Shown here: positions 31,207 to 40,467 of the stretch, in pieces
Position numbering within the stretch: the stretch's first letter is position 1
Layout: each line of letters starts with the position of its first letter
Source: an uncultured Hyphomicrobiales bacterium
Lineage (GTDB): Bacteria > Bacteroidota > Ignavibacteria > Kapaibacteriales > UBA2268
Length of the DNA: 64,000 nucleotides
NCBI GenBank assembly: GCA_964472015.1
Contig: CAYYIP010000007.1
Coordinates: 7,219-71,218 of the forward strand
Direction: 5' to 3'
The notes under the pieces: model-generated
What the model saw: the letters and a program-made list of their open reading frames with translations, nothing else
Databases searched by the model: none
What the model was told of the DNA's origin: nothing
Translations under genes and position numbers: made by a program

Positions 31207-31410
31207 TCTTTTTTATTTTTATTATAATTTCATTATACAAAAATATAATTTTTGTATAAATTATCTAAATTAATTCTTTTTTATTTTTTGGCTTGATATT
31301 TGCTTATAATACATAAAACAATTAGATTTATAACATAAAATATATATTTAATTAATCTAAAATATATATTAATAATCCTATTTAATTATTTATTTAATAT
31401 AGTAAATAGC

Positions 31411-31785
31411 ATGGATAATACAAGACTTACAGAAGATAAAAATTATATATTTCAAGATGAATTATTTCAAGACATAATTAATTTTAATGAATTGCTTTTA
31501 AATAATGAACCAAAATCATTTGTTGCAAGAGTAAAAAGCAATAAATATAATTCTTTTAATATACAAGAAAATGATATTATTGTAATAAATGTTGCAAAAA
31601 AATTAAGAAATGGGAATTTGGTACTTATAAGATTATATGACGAACTTATTATAAAGAAATATGTAATAATTGATAACGAAGAGTACTTTTCTGATATTGA
31701 TGGAATATTTATGCCTATAGGGATTAAAAATATTATTAACTATGAAATTATAGGTATAATTTCACAATCGATACATAATTTTTAA
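31411..31785 (+). CDS. LexA/UmuD-like S24 peptidase-fold protein without an HTH; the catalytic Ser is possibly lost
   Basis: FVARVKSNKY..ENDIIVINVAKKLRNGNLVLIRLYDELIIKKY aligns with the LexA C-domain F.RV.G.SM..GDL..V....VRNG.VVVAR.DDE.TVKRL. The Lys is retained but the GMSM Ser position is not obvious. Confidence 0.4.
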   Translation: MDNTRLTEDKNYIFQDELFQDIINFNELLLNNEPKSFVARVKSNKYNSFNIQENDIIVINVAKKLRNGNLVLIRLYDELIIKKYVIIDNEEYFSDIDGIFMPIGIKNIINYEIIGIISQSIHNF

Positions 31786-31816
31786 TATTTTTACAGTTAT
31801 TAATATTAAAGTTTAT

Positions 31817-32425
31817 ATGTCTAAAAATATAGATTATTATTATTCAATACAAGATATACAGAGAGCTGAAATTAAAATTAAATCTTCTAAGTTTATTGCT
31901 ACTTCTGCACCAGTTTTTAATGTTGATGAAGCGGTTAATTTTTTGAATAAAATAAGAGCAGAATTTTTTGATGCTACACATAATTGTTTTGCTTATAGAA
32001 TTGGTTGGGATGGTAATACTTTTAGGGCAGTAGATGCGGGTGAACCGAATGGTTCTGCGGGTAAACCTATACTTTTTGCTATACAAAAATATGATATATC
32101 GGATGTTATTGTTATAGTTACTAGATATTTTGGAGGTACTAAACTTGGTGTTGGGGGACTAGTTAGAGCATATTCAGCAGCAACCGAAGCAGTACTAGAA
32201 AAATGTGAAAAAAAAATAATAAATCGTACATTACCAATTACTATAAATTGTCGTTATGAAGATATATCCATTGTTAAACGTATAGTTGATGATTTGGCTA
32301 TTTCTTTTAATGAAGAATATTCTGATTCCGTTGAAATTATTGCTAATATTCCAATCTCAAAAGTAGATTTTTTTATTTCGTCTATTCAAACTGCCACTAA
32401 TGCTAAAGCTAAAATTTATTATTAA
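31817..32425 (+). CDS. YigZ/IMPACT family protein (UPF0029)
   Basis: HNCFAYRIG, DAGEPNGSAGKPIL and VTRYFGGTKLGVGGLVRAY blocks. Confidence 0.8.
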   Translation: MSKNIDYYYSIQDIQRAEIKIKSSKFIATSAPVFNVDEAVNFLNKIRAEFFDATHNCFAYRIGWDGNTFRAVDAGEPNGSAGKPILFAIQKYDISDVIVIVTRYFGGTKLGVGGLVRAYSAATEAVLEKCEKKIINRTLPITINCRYEDISIVKRIVDDLAISFNEEYSDSVEIIANIPISKVDFFISSIQTATNAKAKIYY

Positions 32426-32616
32426 ATTATTAATTTATTAATAAAATATAAATATACAAACTATATTGTATATAAATTTATTTTGTTTAATTAAAAATAA
32501 AATTATATTTTTGTAATTATTTGTATTTTTATATTTAAAATGCTTAAAATATAAAAATATAATATTAAAATTTATATATAAGAATAATACTTTTCTGTGT
32601 TTTTGGGGGAATAAAA

Positions 32617-33396
32617 GTGTATAAAGACACAAAATATTATGAAAATGTAAAAGAAATTAATTTTAAGATTCCTTTTGATAGAAATACCACTATTGGGTTT
32701 TGTATAGGTACACCTATTGTTTTAATACTAATATATTTATTAGTATTTTTTGAGAATATAGAAGTTGAAGTTAGAGCTATAAAATATAACATAGTACCTA
32801 TTGCTGTATTAAATTTTGGTCGAGGAGATGGAACAGGAATGAGTAAAGGAAATTTAAGTGCAGAAGGAATTGCTCATAAAGGAAATGCCCCGCAATCAAG
32901 TTTACATGATGCAGAAACTGCTGCTAATACAAAAATTGCTAAAACGGATGCAGAAACAGATATATCTATAAGTAGTAATTTAAAATCGGTTAGTGATGTT
33001 GCCGGTGATGAAAATAGTGATAATAATATGGGGAATAGCAATAGGAATGTTGGTACAAAAGATGGTTCGGAATCGGGGACAGGACTTGGAACAAGAGGAT
33101 TTGGTCGAGGATTAGGTGAAGGTTTTGGAGATATAGAGTGGGGCGGCGGTGGAAATAGATTTGTGCTTGTAAAGAAGCCACCTAAATATCCAAAAGGAGT
33201 AAATACTTCCGGAACTATAAAAATAAAATTTAGAGTTAGAAAAGATGGTACTATATCTTCAATGGTACCTTTACAAAAAGCTGATCCTGCACTGGAAAGA
33301 GCAGCAATGGATGCTTTAAGACAATGGCGATTTAATCCGATTAATGAAGATATAGAAATGGAAGGTATAATTCCTTTTAATTTTAGATTGAGATAA
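32617..33396 (+). CDS. TonB-family energy transducer (N-terminal TM, Gly/Ser-rich spacer, TonB C-terminal domain)
   Basis: N-terminal TM; C-terminal KIKFRVRKDGTI...ALRQWRFNP. Confidence 0.7.
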   Translation: MYKDTKYYENVKEINFKIPFDRNTTIGFCIGTPIVLILIYLLVFFENIEVEVRAIKYNIVPIAVLNFGRGDGTGMSKGNLSAEGIAHKGNAPQSSLHDAETAANTKIAKTDAETDISISSNLKSVSDVAGDENSDNNMGNSNRNVGTKDGSESGTGLGTRGFGRGLGEGFGDIEWGGGGNRFVLVKKPPKYPKGVNTSGTIKIKFRVRKDGTISSMVPLQKADPALERAAMDALRQWRFNPINEDIEMEGIIPFNFRLR

Positions 33397-33413
33397 ATGT
33401 AAATATTTAATAA

Positions 33414-33450
33414 AAAAGTTACTCTTTTGAGTAACTTTTTTTATTTTTTA
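33414..33450 (+). terminator. Rho-independent terminator after the TonB-like gene
   Basis: aaaagttactc-tttt-gagtaactttt followed by a T-run. Confidence 0.75.
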
Positions 33451-33583
33451 AAACAAAGTAATATAATAAAAGTAGTATAATAATGGAAGTTATAAAATAA
33501 TTTATTATTTTTGAAAAACTATTTTTAATAATATTTTTAATATTTATTTAACAAATTAATATTATTTTATTTAAATTTATTTA

Positions 33584-36500
33584 TTGATTATGTTGATTAA
33601 TATGCAAACTATGAAAAAAAATATATATATATTATTGATATTAAACTTATTTATTATCTTTATAGTAGATAATTGTTTTGCTCAAAAAGAGACTTATAAT
33701 TGGTATTTTGGTAATAATGCAGGTATTAGTTTTTTAACTGATGATTTAGAGCCTGTTTTTTTATCAGGTTCTAAAATGGAGCAAATGGAAGGAGTATCAA
33801 CAATTTCAGATAAAAATGGTAATTTATTATTTTATTCTGATGGTGTTTATGTATGGAATCGGCAACATTCTTATATTTCATATGGTGGCGGATTAAAAGG
33901 TAATTATTCATCTTCACGTTCTGTTATTATTATTCCTAGACCACGTTCGAATCGTTATTATTATGTTTTTACTATTGATGCTTTTGAGCGAAGCCTTGGC
34001 ATATCTTCAGATACTAATGGTTTACGTTATTCTGTAATTGATGTTTTAGGAGATAAATATGGTGCTATTATTCCTGATAAATATAATATAAAATTGTTAG
34101 ATGGTGCGGTTGAAAAAATGATAACAATTAATCACGCAAACAAAATAGATGTATGGTTAGTTACTTATAATCGTAAAAATAATAGTTTTTATACATATTT
34201 GATTAATAGGAATGGAATAAATACGCCTAAAATTACTAAGTTAAATGAATTAGATAGTATAAGTTTGTTAGATGCAGTTTTTAATTTAGAATATGATTTT
34301 GAACATAAAAAATTAATTAATTGTTCGAGAGCATCTTATTCTTTTGAGGTATATGATTTTGATAATTTAACGGGTGAAATAGATGTTGCTAATTCATTAA
34401 AAATTCCGTCTTTTATTCCGCATCCCAATTCTGGTGAAGATTCAACTCAATTTTTTATTCCTTATAGTGCTGCAATTTCAGCAGATGGTACAAAATTATA
34501 TGCCAGTTGTTATCGTAAAAGTATTTTACAATACGATATAAGTTCTAAAAATATTGAAGAGATATGTAAAACTAGGTGTGTTATTGCTGATTCGTTAAAT
34601 GGTGATGGTTCTTTTGGGTCTATAAGAAAAGGACCTAATGGTAAAATATACATTACTTGTGATACAAGTGAGTATTTATCAGTAATAAATTTTCCTAATA
34701 AATTAGGAAAGGAATGTAATTTTGTTAAAAAGGCTATATTTTTAGAGGGAGGATGTTGTAGATTAGGGTTACCTATTATGATGAATTATGATGTACCGCC
34801 ATGTGATTTCTCAGGTTATGCGGGTGATGATAAAATTGTATGCACTGGAGAAGAATTAAAAATAGGAGATGTTGCCGATACAACAAATTTAAAATTTGAA
34901 TGGACACCGCAAATGTTTTTAGATAATCCATATATCTTAAATCCTGTTTGTCGACCTCTAGAAACTATAACTTATGTATTAAAAATAACAGATACGGAAT
35001 TAGATTGTTTTGATTTTGATACAGTAACTATTACGGTTATAGAAGCACCAAAAATATTGAATGCAGAAGATGTTCATACTTGTAAGAATAATTCTATTAT
35101 GATAGGGAATAGTAACAATAGTGATGAATATATTTATCAATGGGAACCAGAACTTTATTTAGATGATTTTAATGCTAAAACGCCTATTTGTAAGCCAGAA
35201 ACTGAAATGACTTATATTTTGACTGTTACTAATGAATTTGGTTGTAAAAGTTATGATACGGTAAGAGTTTTCTTAAAACCTTTATCTGATATTAATATAA
35301 CAGGTGACTCTTATATTTGTGAAGGTGATTCTACGACATTAAGACTGAAAGGTGATTTTATTTCTTGTGAATGGAATACTGGTGAAACGACTAATTCTAT
35401 TGTTGTAAAAAAAACAGGTGTTTATTCTGCAGAAGTTGTTGATAGGAATGGATGCACAGGAGATATATATTTTGAAGTTAAATATTTTGTTTCAGATTCT
35501 ATAAAAATAATTGCGCCAAAAACTATTTGTGAAAATACATATACTAATATTTACGTAGAGGATGTATTTGAAAGTTATTTATGGAGTACAGGAGAAACTA
35601 CATCAAGTATTGATGTTAATAAGAGTGGAAAATACTGGGTAATAGGAGTTAATGAAAATGGTTGCAAGTCTTATGATACGGTAGATATTTTATCTTATGA
35701 ATTAAATTATACTTTATACGATGAAGCTATAAATTTATATTCTTGTCTCTATAATAGTACTTCGCAAGAATTTTATATACAAAATGAAGGCGAAGAAGCT
35801 ATTACTGTAAGTTCTATAAAGTTACTTATTAATGATACAAAAAATAATATTGATATTGTAACTACAAATACTTTACCTGAAAATATAGAAGATAGGTTTT
35901 ATTTTAATATAAATCTAGTTGGACTAGAAGTTGGGAATTATTATGATACAGTATTAGTAGAGGTTTCTTATCCTTGTCAAATGCTAATAAAGATCCCAAT
36001 AAATATAATTATTAATGAGGAATATTTAAGTGTATCATCAAAAGATATAATTATAAGACCGGGGCAAAATATAATTATTCCTATATATACACTGTATCAT
36101 AATGTAAATTCTTATTTGCCTGATACAGCAATATTTTTATATGATTTTTTCTACGATAATGAACTTTTAAAAATAAAAAGTGTAAAAAATGCAAATATTA
36201 TTTTTGATGATTATAATAGTGGTATTTTACATTTATCAAAGAATACATTACAAATAAAACAAGGTGATACTATATTTATAGAAGCATTTACTTCTTTAGG
36301 AACGTCTGAGGAGTTTAATTTAAAAGATGTATTTTCTTTTAGAGTATTTTTAAAGCCACCAGTAGATGTTGATACTAAATATTATTGTATAGATACTTGC
36401 AGTAGTATTCATTCAATCAATATTGATGGATGTATGGTTAGTTTAGAAAAGTTTAAATTATTAAACAATACAGTATTAAAAATAAATAATGTTATAGATA

Positions 36501-36727
36501 ATACTATAAAATGTAATATTTCAACTCAAGAAATAGGAGAGTTAAATGTTGAATTGTGTGGTTTAGCAGGAAATATTATAGATAAAAAAGTATGGATGAG
36601 AAAGGAAGATAATTTTGAAAGTAAGGAAATTATCTTTAATATAGAAAATTATGTTAATGGTATATATTTTATAATTTTAAGAACAAATAATAATTATTTT
36701 TCAGAAAAATTTATTATATTTAAGTAA
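33584..36727 (+). CDS. Large (1047 aa) secreted protein of unknown function with a T9SS C-terminal sorting domain
   Basis: Signal peptide. Repeated Cys-containing about 90-aa modules (..WTPQ..LDNPYILNPVCRP.., ..WEPELYLDDFNAKTPICKP..). C-terminus ..NGIYFIILRTNNNYFSEKFIIFK. Confidence 0.7.
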   Translation: MIMLINMQTMKKNIYILLILNLFIIFIVDNCFAQKETYNWYFGNNAGISFLTDDLEPVFLSGSKMEQMEGVSTISDKNGNLLFYSDGVYVWNRQHSYISYGGGLKGNYSSSRSVIIIPRPRSNRYYYVFTIDAFERSLGISSDTNGLRYSVIDVLGDKYGAIIPDKYNIKLLDGAVEKMITINHANKIDVWLVTYNRKNNSFYTYLINRNGINTPKITKLNELDSISLLDAVFNLEYDFEHKKLINCSRASYSFEVYDFDNLTGEIDVANSLKIPSFIPHPNSGEDSTQFFIPYSAAISADGTKLYASCYRKSILQYDISSKNIEEICKTRCVIADSLNGDGSFGSIRKGPNGKIYITCDTSEYLSVINFPNKLGKECNFVKKAIFLEGGCCRLGLPIMMNYDVPPCDFSGYAGDDKIVCTGEELKIGDVADTTNLKFEWTPQMFLDNPYILNPVCRPLETITYVLKITDTELDCFDFDTVTITVIEAPKILNAEDVHTCKNNSIMIGNSNNSDEYIYQWEPELYLDDFNAKTPICKPETEMTYILTVTNEFGCKSYDTVRVFLKPLSDINITGDSYICEGDSTTLRLKGDFISCEWNTGETTNSIVVKKTGVYSAEVVDRNGCTGDIYFEVKYFVSDSIKIIAPKTICENTYTNIYVEDVFESYLWSTGETTSSIDVNKSGKYWVIGVNENGCKSYDTVDILSYELNYTLYDEAINLYSCLYNSTSQEFYIQNEGEEAITVSSIKLLINDTKNNIDIVTTNTLPENIEDRFYFNINLVGLEVGNYYDTVLVEVSYPCQMLIKIPINIIINEEYLSVSSKDIIIRPGQNIIIPIYTLYHNVNSYLPDTAIFLYDFFYDNELLKIKSVKNANIIFDDYNSGILHLSKNTLQIKQGDTIFIEAFTSLGTSEEFNLKDVFSFRVFLKPPVDVDTKYYCIDTCSSIHSINIDGCMVSLEKFKLLNNTVLKINNVIDNTIKCNISTQEIGELNVELCGLAGNIIDKKVWMRKEDNFESKEIIFNIENYVNGIYFIILRTNNNYFSEKFIIFK

Positions 36728-36758
36728 ATTTATTATTTATATTATTTTGTTATAGACT

Positions 36759-37280
36759 ATGAATTTTGAACAAATTTCACCTTTTGAATTAAATAATAAC
36801 TTTTTTAAAGCCTTGAACAATGATTGGGCATTATTATGTTCAGGCAATCCAGTCTCAGAAAAAGAATGTAACATTATGACTATAAGTTGGGGTGGAATAG
36901 GAATATTATGGAATAAACCTATTGCTATTTGTTATGTGCGACCGCAACGTTATACTTTTGAATTTATTGAAAAAACAGGACATTTTTCAATAAACTTTTT
37001 TGAAAGTGAGAAATATAGAAACGAATTAAATTTATGTGGTACAAAATCGGGACGAGATGTAAATAAATTTTTAGAAACTAGTTTCAAGCTAAAGAAATAT
37101 AATGAAGAATATGTGGGGATAGAAGAGGCTAAATTGATATTAAATTGTAAAGTTTTGTATGCTGATTTTCTTAAGGAAACTAATTTTTTAGACAAAGAAG
37201 TAATAAAAAGTTTTTATCCTAAAAAAGATTTCCATAAATTTTTTATTGGTGAAATAAATAATATTCTACAAGCTAAGTAA
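36759..37280 (+). CDS. Flavin reductase-like domain protein
   Basis: NIMTISWGG..ICYVRPQRYTFEFIEKTGHFSINF matches the flavin reductase-like FMN-binding fold. Confidence 0.65.
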   Translation: MNFEQISPFELNNNFFKALNNDWALLCSGNPVSEKECNIMTISWGGIGILWNKPIAICYVRPQRYTFEFIEKTGHFSINFFESEKYRNELNLCGTKSGRDVNKFLETSFKLKKYNEEYVGIEEAKLILNCKVLYADFLKETNFLDKEVIKSFYPKKDFHKFFIGEINNILQAK

Positions 37281-37289
37281 TTATAAAGT

Positions 37290-37952
37290 ATGAAAAATAG
37301 ACAAACAGAATTTACAATAGAATTACAAAATTATGTATATGAAAATTTTAATGCAGAAGATAAATTATTAAAAGATATTGCTAATAATTGTTGGGAAGAA
37401 GCACAGATTCCACAGATAAATATAACGGGATATCAAGCCCAATTTTTGCAATTTATTATAAAAGCTATAGATGCAAAAAATATTTTGGAAATTGGGACGT
37501 TAGCAGGATATTCGGCAATTGTAATGGCACGTGCTGCTTCAGAAGACGCTAAAGTTTTAACTATTGAAAAAGAGAAAAAATATGCTGATTATGCAAGAAA
37601 TAATATTATAAAAGCAGGACTGGAGAATAAAATAAAGATTATTGTTGAAAACGCACATAGTTTTATAAAAAAATTTGCACCTAATGAACTTTTAGATCTT
37701 ATTTTTCTTGATGCAGATAAATCTGCATATTTTAAATATATAAATGCTTTAACGCCATATCTTAGAAAAGGTGGTATTGTTATTGCTGATAATGCATTTG
37801 CGTTTGGATTTTTATTAGATACTGCACCTGAAAGAAATCCGGAAGAAGTACGTTCTATGATAAACTTTCATAAACATTTACTTGAACGTAAAGATTATTT
37901 TACGACTATAGTACCTATTGGAGATGGTATTTTATTAAGTATTAAAATTTAA
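37290..37952 (+). CDS. Class I SAM-dependent O-methyltransferase (family 3, caffeoyl-CoA OMT-like)
   Basis: ILEIGTLAGYSAI, DLIFLDADK and GGIVIADN motifs. Confidence 0.8.
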   Translation: MKNRQTEFTIELQNYVYENFNAEDKLLKDIANNCWEEAQIPQINITGYQAQFLQFIIKAIDAKNILEIGTLAGYSAIVMARAASEDAKVLTIEKEKKYADYARNNIIKAGLENKIKIIVENAHSFIKKFAPNELLDLIFLDADKSAYFKYINALTPYLRKGGIVIADNAFAFGFLLDTAPERNPEEVRSMINFHKHLLERKDYFTTIVPIGDGILLSIKI

Positions 37953-38050
37953 TATTTCTATTATTTAAATATAGAAAATTTATTGTATTTGTTATATTTG
38001 TTGTAAGTTAATTATAAGATTAATATTTAAGTCTAAATGAATAATATAGT

Positions 38051-38815
38051 ATGAAGCCGCTAACAGAAATTGTAAAATTTAAATGTACTTTAATTGCATC
38101 ACATAGAGGGGATAATAGATTAGGACCTGAAAACACAATTATTGCTTTTAAAGAAGCAATAGAAAATGGTGTTGATATGATAGAGATGGATATACAGTTT
38201 ACAAAAGATAAAAAAATTATTGTTTTTCATAATGATGAAATAGAACTCGGTGATAAAATTTATAAGATAATTGATTTAAATTATGAAGATATAAAAAAAT
38301 ATAAAATATACTATAATTTGGAAGATGGGACGAAAACTTATACTAATATACCGTTATTATATGAAGTTTTTGATAATTTTAAAGATAAAGTTTATTTTAT
38401 TACTGAGATTAAAAATAATTTTGATGATGATAACATTGAAAGTATAAATAACTTATGTAATTTTATTATTAAAAATAATCTTCAAAAAGAGCTTGTTATA
38501 ACTTCTTTCGATATAAAAAATCTTTTATTTATAAAAAATAAATATCCTTTATTATTAACTGCTGTTATTTACGAACCTAATAGTAATATATTACCTAGTA
38601 AATATAAAAAACAATTAAATTGTAACGCTTTTATTTGTGATATAAATGAACTAACAGAAAAATTTGTTTTAGATGCTAATAAGAATAATATATTTATTGG
38701 TGTGTATGGTGCAAATACAAAAGAATTAATTAAAAAAGCAATAAATTATAATGTAAGATTTATTGGCACAGATTGTATAGATTTATTAAAAAATATTTTA
38801 AATGAAATTAAATAA
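38051..38815 (+). CDS. Glycerophosphodiester phosphodiesterase
   Basis: IASHRGDNRLGPENTIIAF..GVDMIEMDIQFTKDKKIIVFHND (GDPD HR(G) and E-D motifs). Confidence 0.8.
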   Translation: MKPLTEIVKFKCTLIASHRGDNRLGPENTIIAFKEAIENGVDMIEMDIQFTKDKKIIVFHNDEIELGDKIYKIIDLNYEDIKKYKIYYNLEDGTKTYTNIPLLYEVFDNFKDKVYFITEIKNNFDDDNIESINNLCNFIIKNNLQKELVITSFDIKNLLFIKNKYPLLLTAVIYEPNSNILPSKYKKQLNCNAFICDINELTEKFVLDANKNNIFIGVYGANTKELIKKAINYNVRFIGTDCIDLLKNILNEIK

Positions 38816-38889
38816 AATATTGTTTATTTAGAAAAAAATTGTATTGTTAATATTATAATAATAAAATTTGTAAAGTATAATAAAAATTA

Positions 38890-40467
38890 ATGTTAAAAAA
38901 ACAAGCAAAAGAAAAAGCAATAGAAGTAGCCTTGTGGGAAACAGCAAATAAATTGCGTGGAAGTGTTGAACCTTCGGAATATAAGCACGTGGTATTGGCG
39001 TTGATTTTTTTGAAGTTTGTGAACGATAAATTTGAGGAGCAACGACAAAAACTAATTAATTGTGGCAAAGAGAAATACATTGAAAACTCGGACTTTTACA
39101 ATAAGGACAAAGTCTTTTTTCTAAAAGAAGAGACCCGTTGGAAATATATTGTTAGTAAAGCTCGCCAAAACGATATTGCGTTGATAATTGATTCCGCTTT
39201 ACACACTATAGAAAAAGACAATAAAGTTCTGAAAGGTGCATTGCCTGATAACTATTTTTCACGTCTTGGACTTGATACCTCTAAATTAGCTGCTCTTATC
39301 AGCGAAATAGATAGCATATATATACTCAAGGACAAAGAGCAAGATGTTATTGGACGTATTTACGAGTATTTTCTGAGTAAGTTTGCCATTGCTGAAGGAA
39401 AAGGGAAAGGTGAGTTTTACACGCCCAAAAGCATTGTAAATTTAATTGCCGAGCTGATAGAGCCTTACAAAGGTTTTATTTATGATCCATGTTGCGGTTC
39501 GGGCGGAATGTTTGTGCAGTCTATCAAGTTTATTGAAGCACACCACGGCAATCAAAAAGAGGTTTCCATTTACGGACAGGAATATACGAACACAACGTAT
39601 AAATTGGCGAAAATGAATCTTGCCATTCGAGGCATTTCTGCTAATTTAGGCGAAAAAGCCGCTAACACTTTTAGCAACGATTTACATAAAGATTTAAAAG
39701 CCGATTTTATTATGGCAAATCCTCCTTTCAACCAAAAAGATTGGCGAGCAGAAAACGAACTTTTAGACGATCCTCGCTGGAAAGGTTACGAAGTACCACC
39801 CAAAAGCAACGCTAATTATGGTTGGATACTTCACATGGCATCTAAGCTTTCGGGAAATGGTGTAGCAGGATTTCTTTTAGCAAACGGAGCATCGAGCGGT
39901 GGCGGTGATGAGTATAAAATACGTAAACAGTTGATTGAAAATGATTTGGTTGAAGCTATCTTGATTTTACCACGAAATATGTTTTACACAACCGATATAA
40001 GCGTAACTCTTTGGATATTGAATAAAAACAAAAAAGAATACGTAAGGGCGTATGGCGATATACCTCAACGAAATTACCGAAATCGACAAAAAGAAATTCT
40101 TTTTATGGATTTGCGGGAAATGGGCGAGCCGTTTGAGAAAAAGTACATACAATTCTCTGAAAAAGATATTAGGAAAATAGCTGATAATTATCATAACTGG
40201 CAATGTACGGGTGAATTGAATTCGCCATATCAAGATATTCCAGAATTCTGCTATTCCGCAGGTATAGAAGAAATTAGAGAGAAAGATTATTCGCTTGTAC
40301 CGAGCAGATACATAGAATTTGTAAATCGTGATGAACAGATTGATTTTGACGAAAAAATGAAAACTTTACAGCAGGAAATTGGTAAATTATTACAAGAAGA
40401 AAAAAAATCGCGAGAAGAATTGTTAGCTGTTTTTAAAAATTTAGGTTATAAAATTGAGTTAAAATGA
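38890..40467 (+). CDS. hsdM: Type I restriction-modification system methyltransferase subunit
   Basis: HsdM N-terminal domain (LWETANKLRG); SAM motif DPCCGSGGMF; catalytic NPPF (IMANPPFNQKDW). G+C is clearly above the genome background. Confidence 0.9.
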   Translation: MLKKQAKEKAIEVALWETANKLRGSVEPSEYKHVVLALIFLKFVNDKFEEQRQKLINCGKEKYIENSDFYNKDKVFFLKEETRWKYIVSKARQNDIALIIDSALHTIEKDNKVLKGALPDNYFSRLGLDTSKLAALISEIDSIYILKDKEQDVIGRIYEYFLSKFAIAEGKGKGEFYTPKSIVNLIAELIEPYKGFIYDPCCGSGGMFVQSIKFIEAHHGNQKEVSIYGQEYTNTTYKLAKMNLAIRGISANLGEKAANTFSNDLHKDLKADFIMANPPFNQKDWRAENELLDDPRWKGYEVPPKSNANYGWILHMASKLSGNGVAGFLLANGASSGGGDEYKIRKQLIENDLVEAILILPRNMFYTTDISVTLWILNKNKKEYVRAYGDIPQRNYRNRQKEILFMDLREMGEPFEKKYIQFSEKDIRKIADNYHNWQCTGELNSPYQDIPEFCYSAGIEEIREKDYSLVPSRYIEFVNRDEQIDFDEKMKTLQQEIGKLLQEEKKSREELLAVFKNLGYKIELK

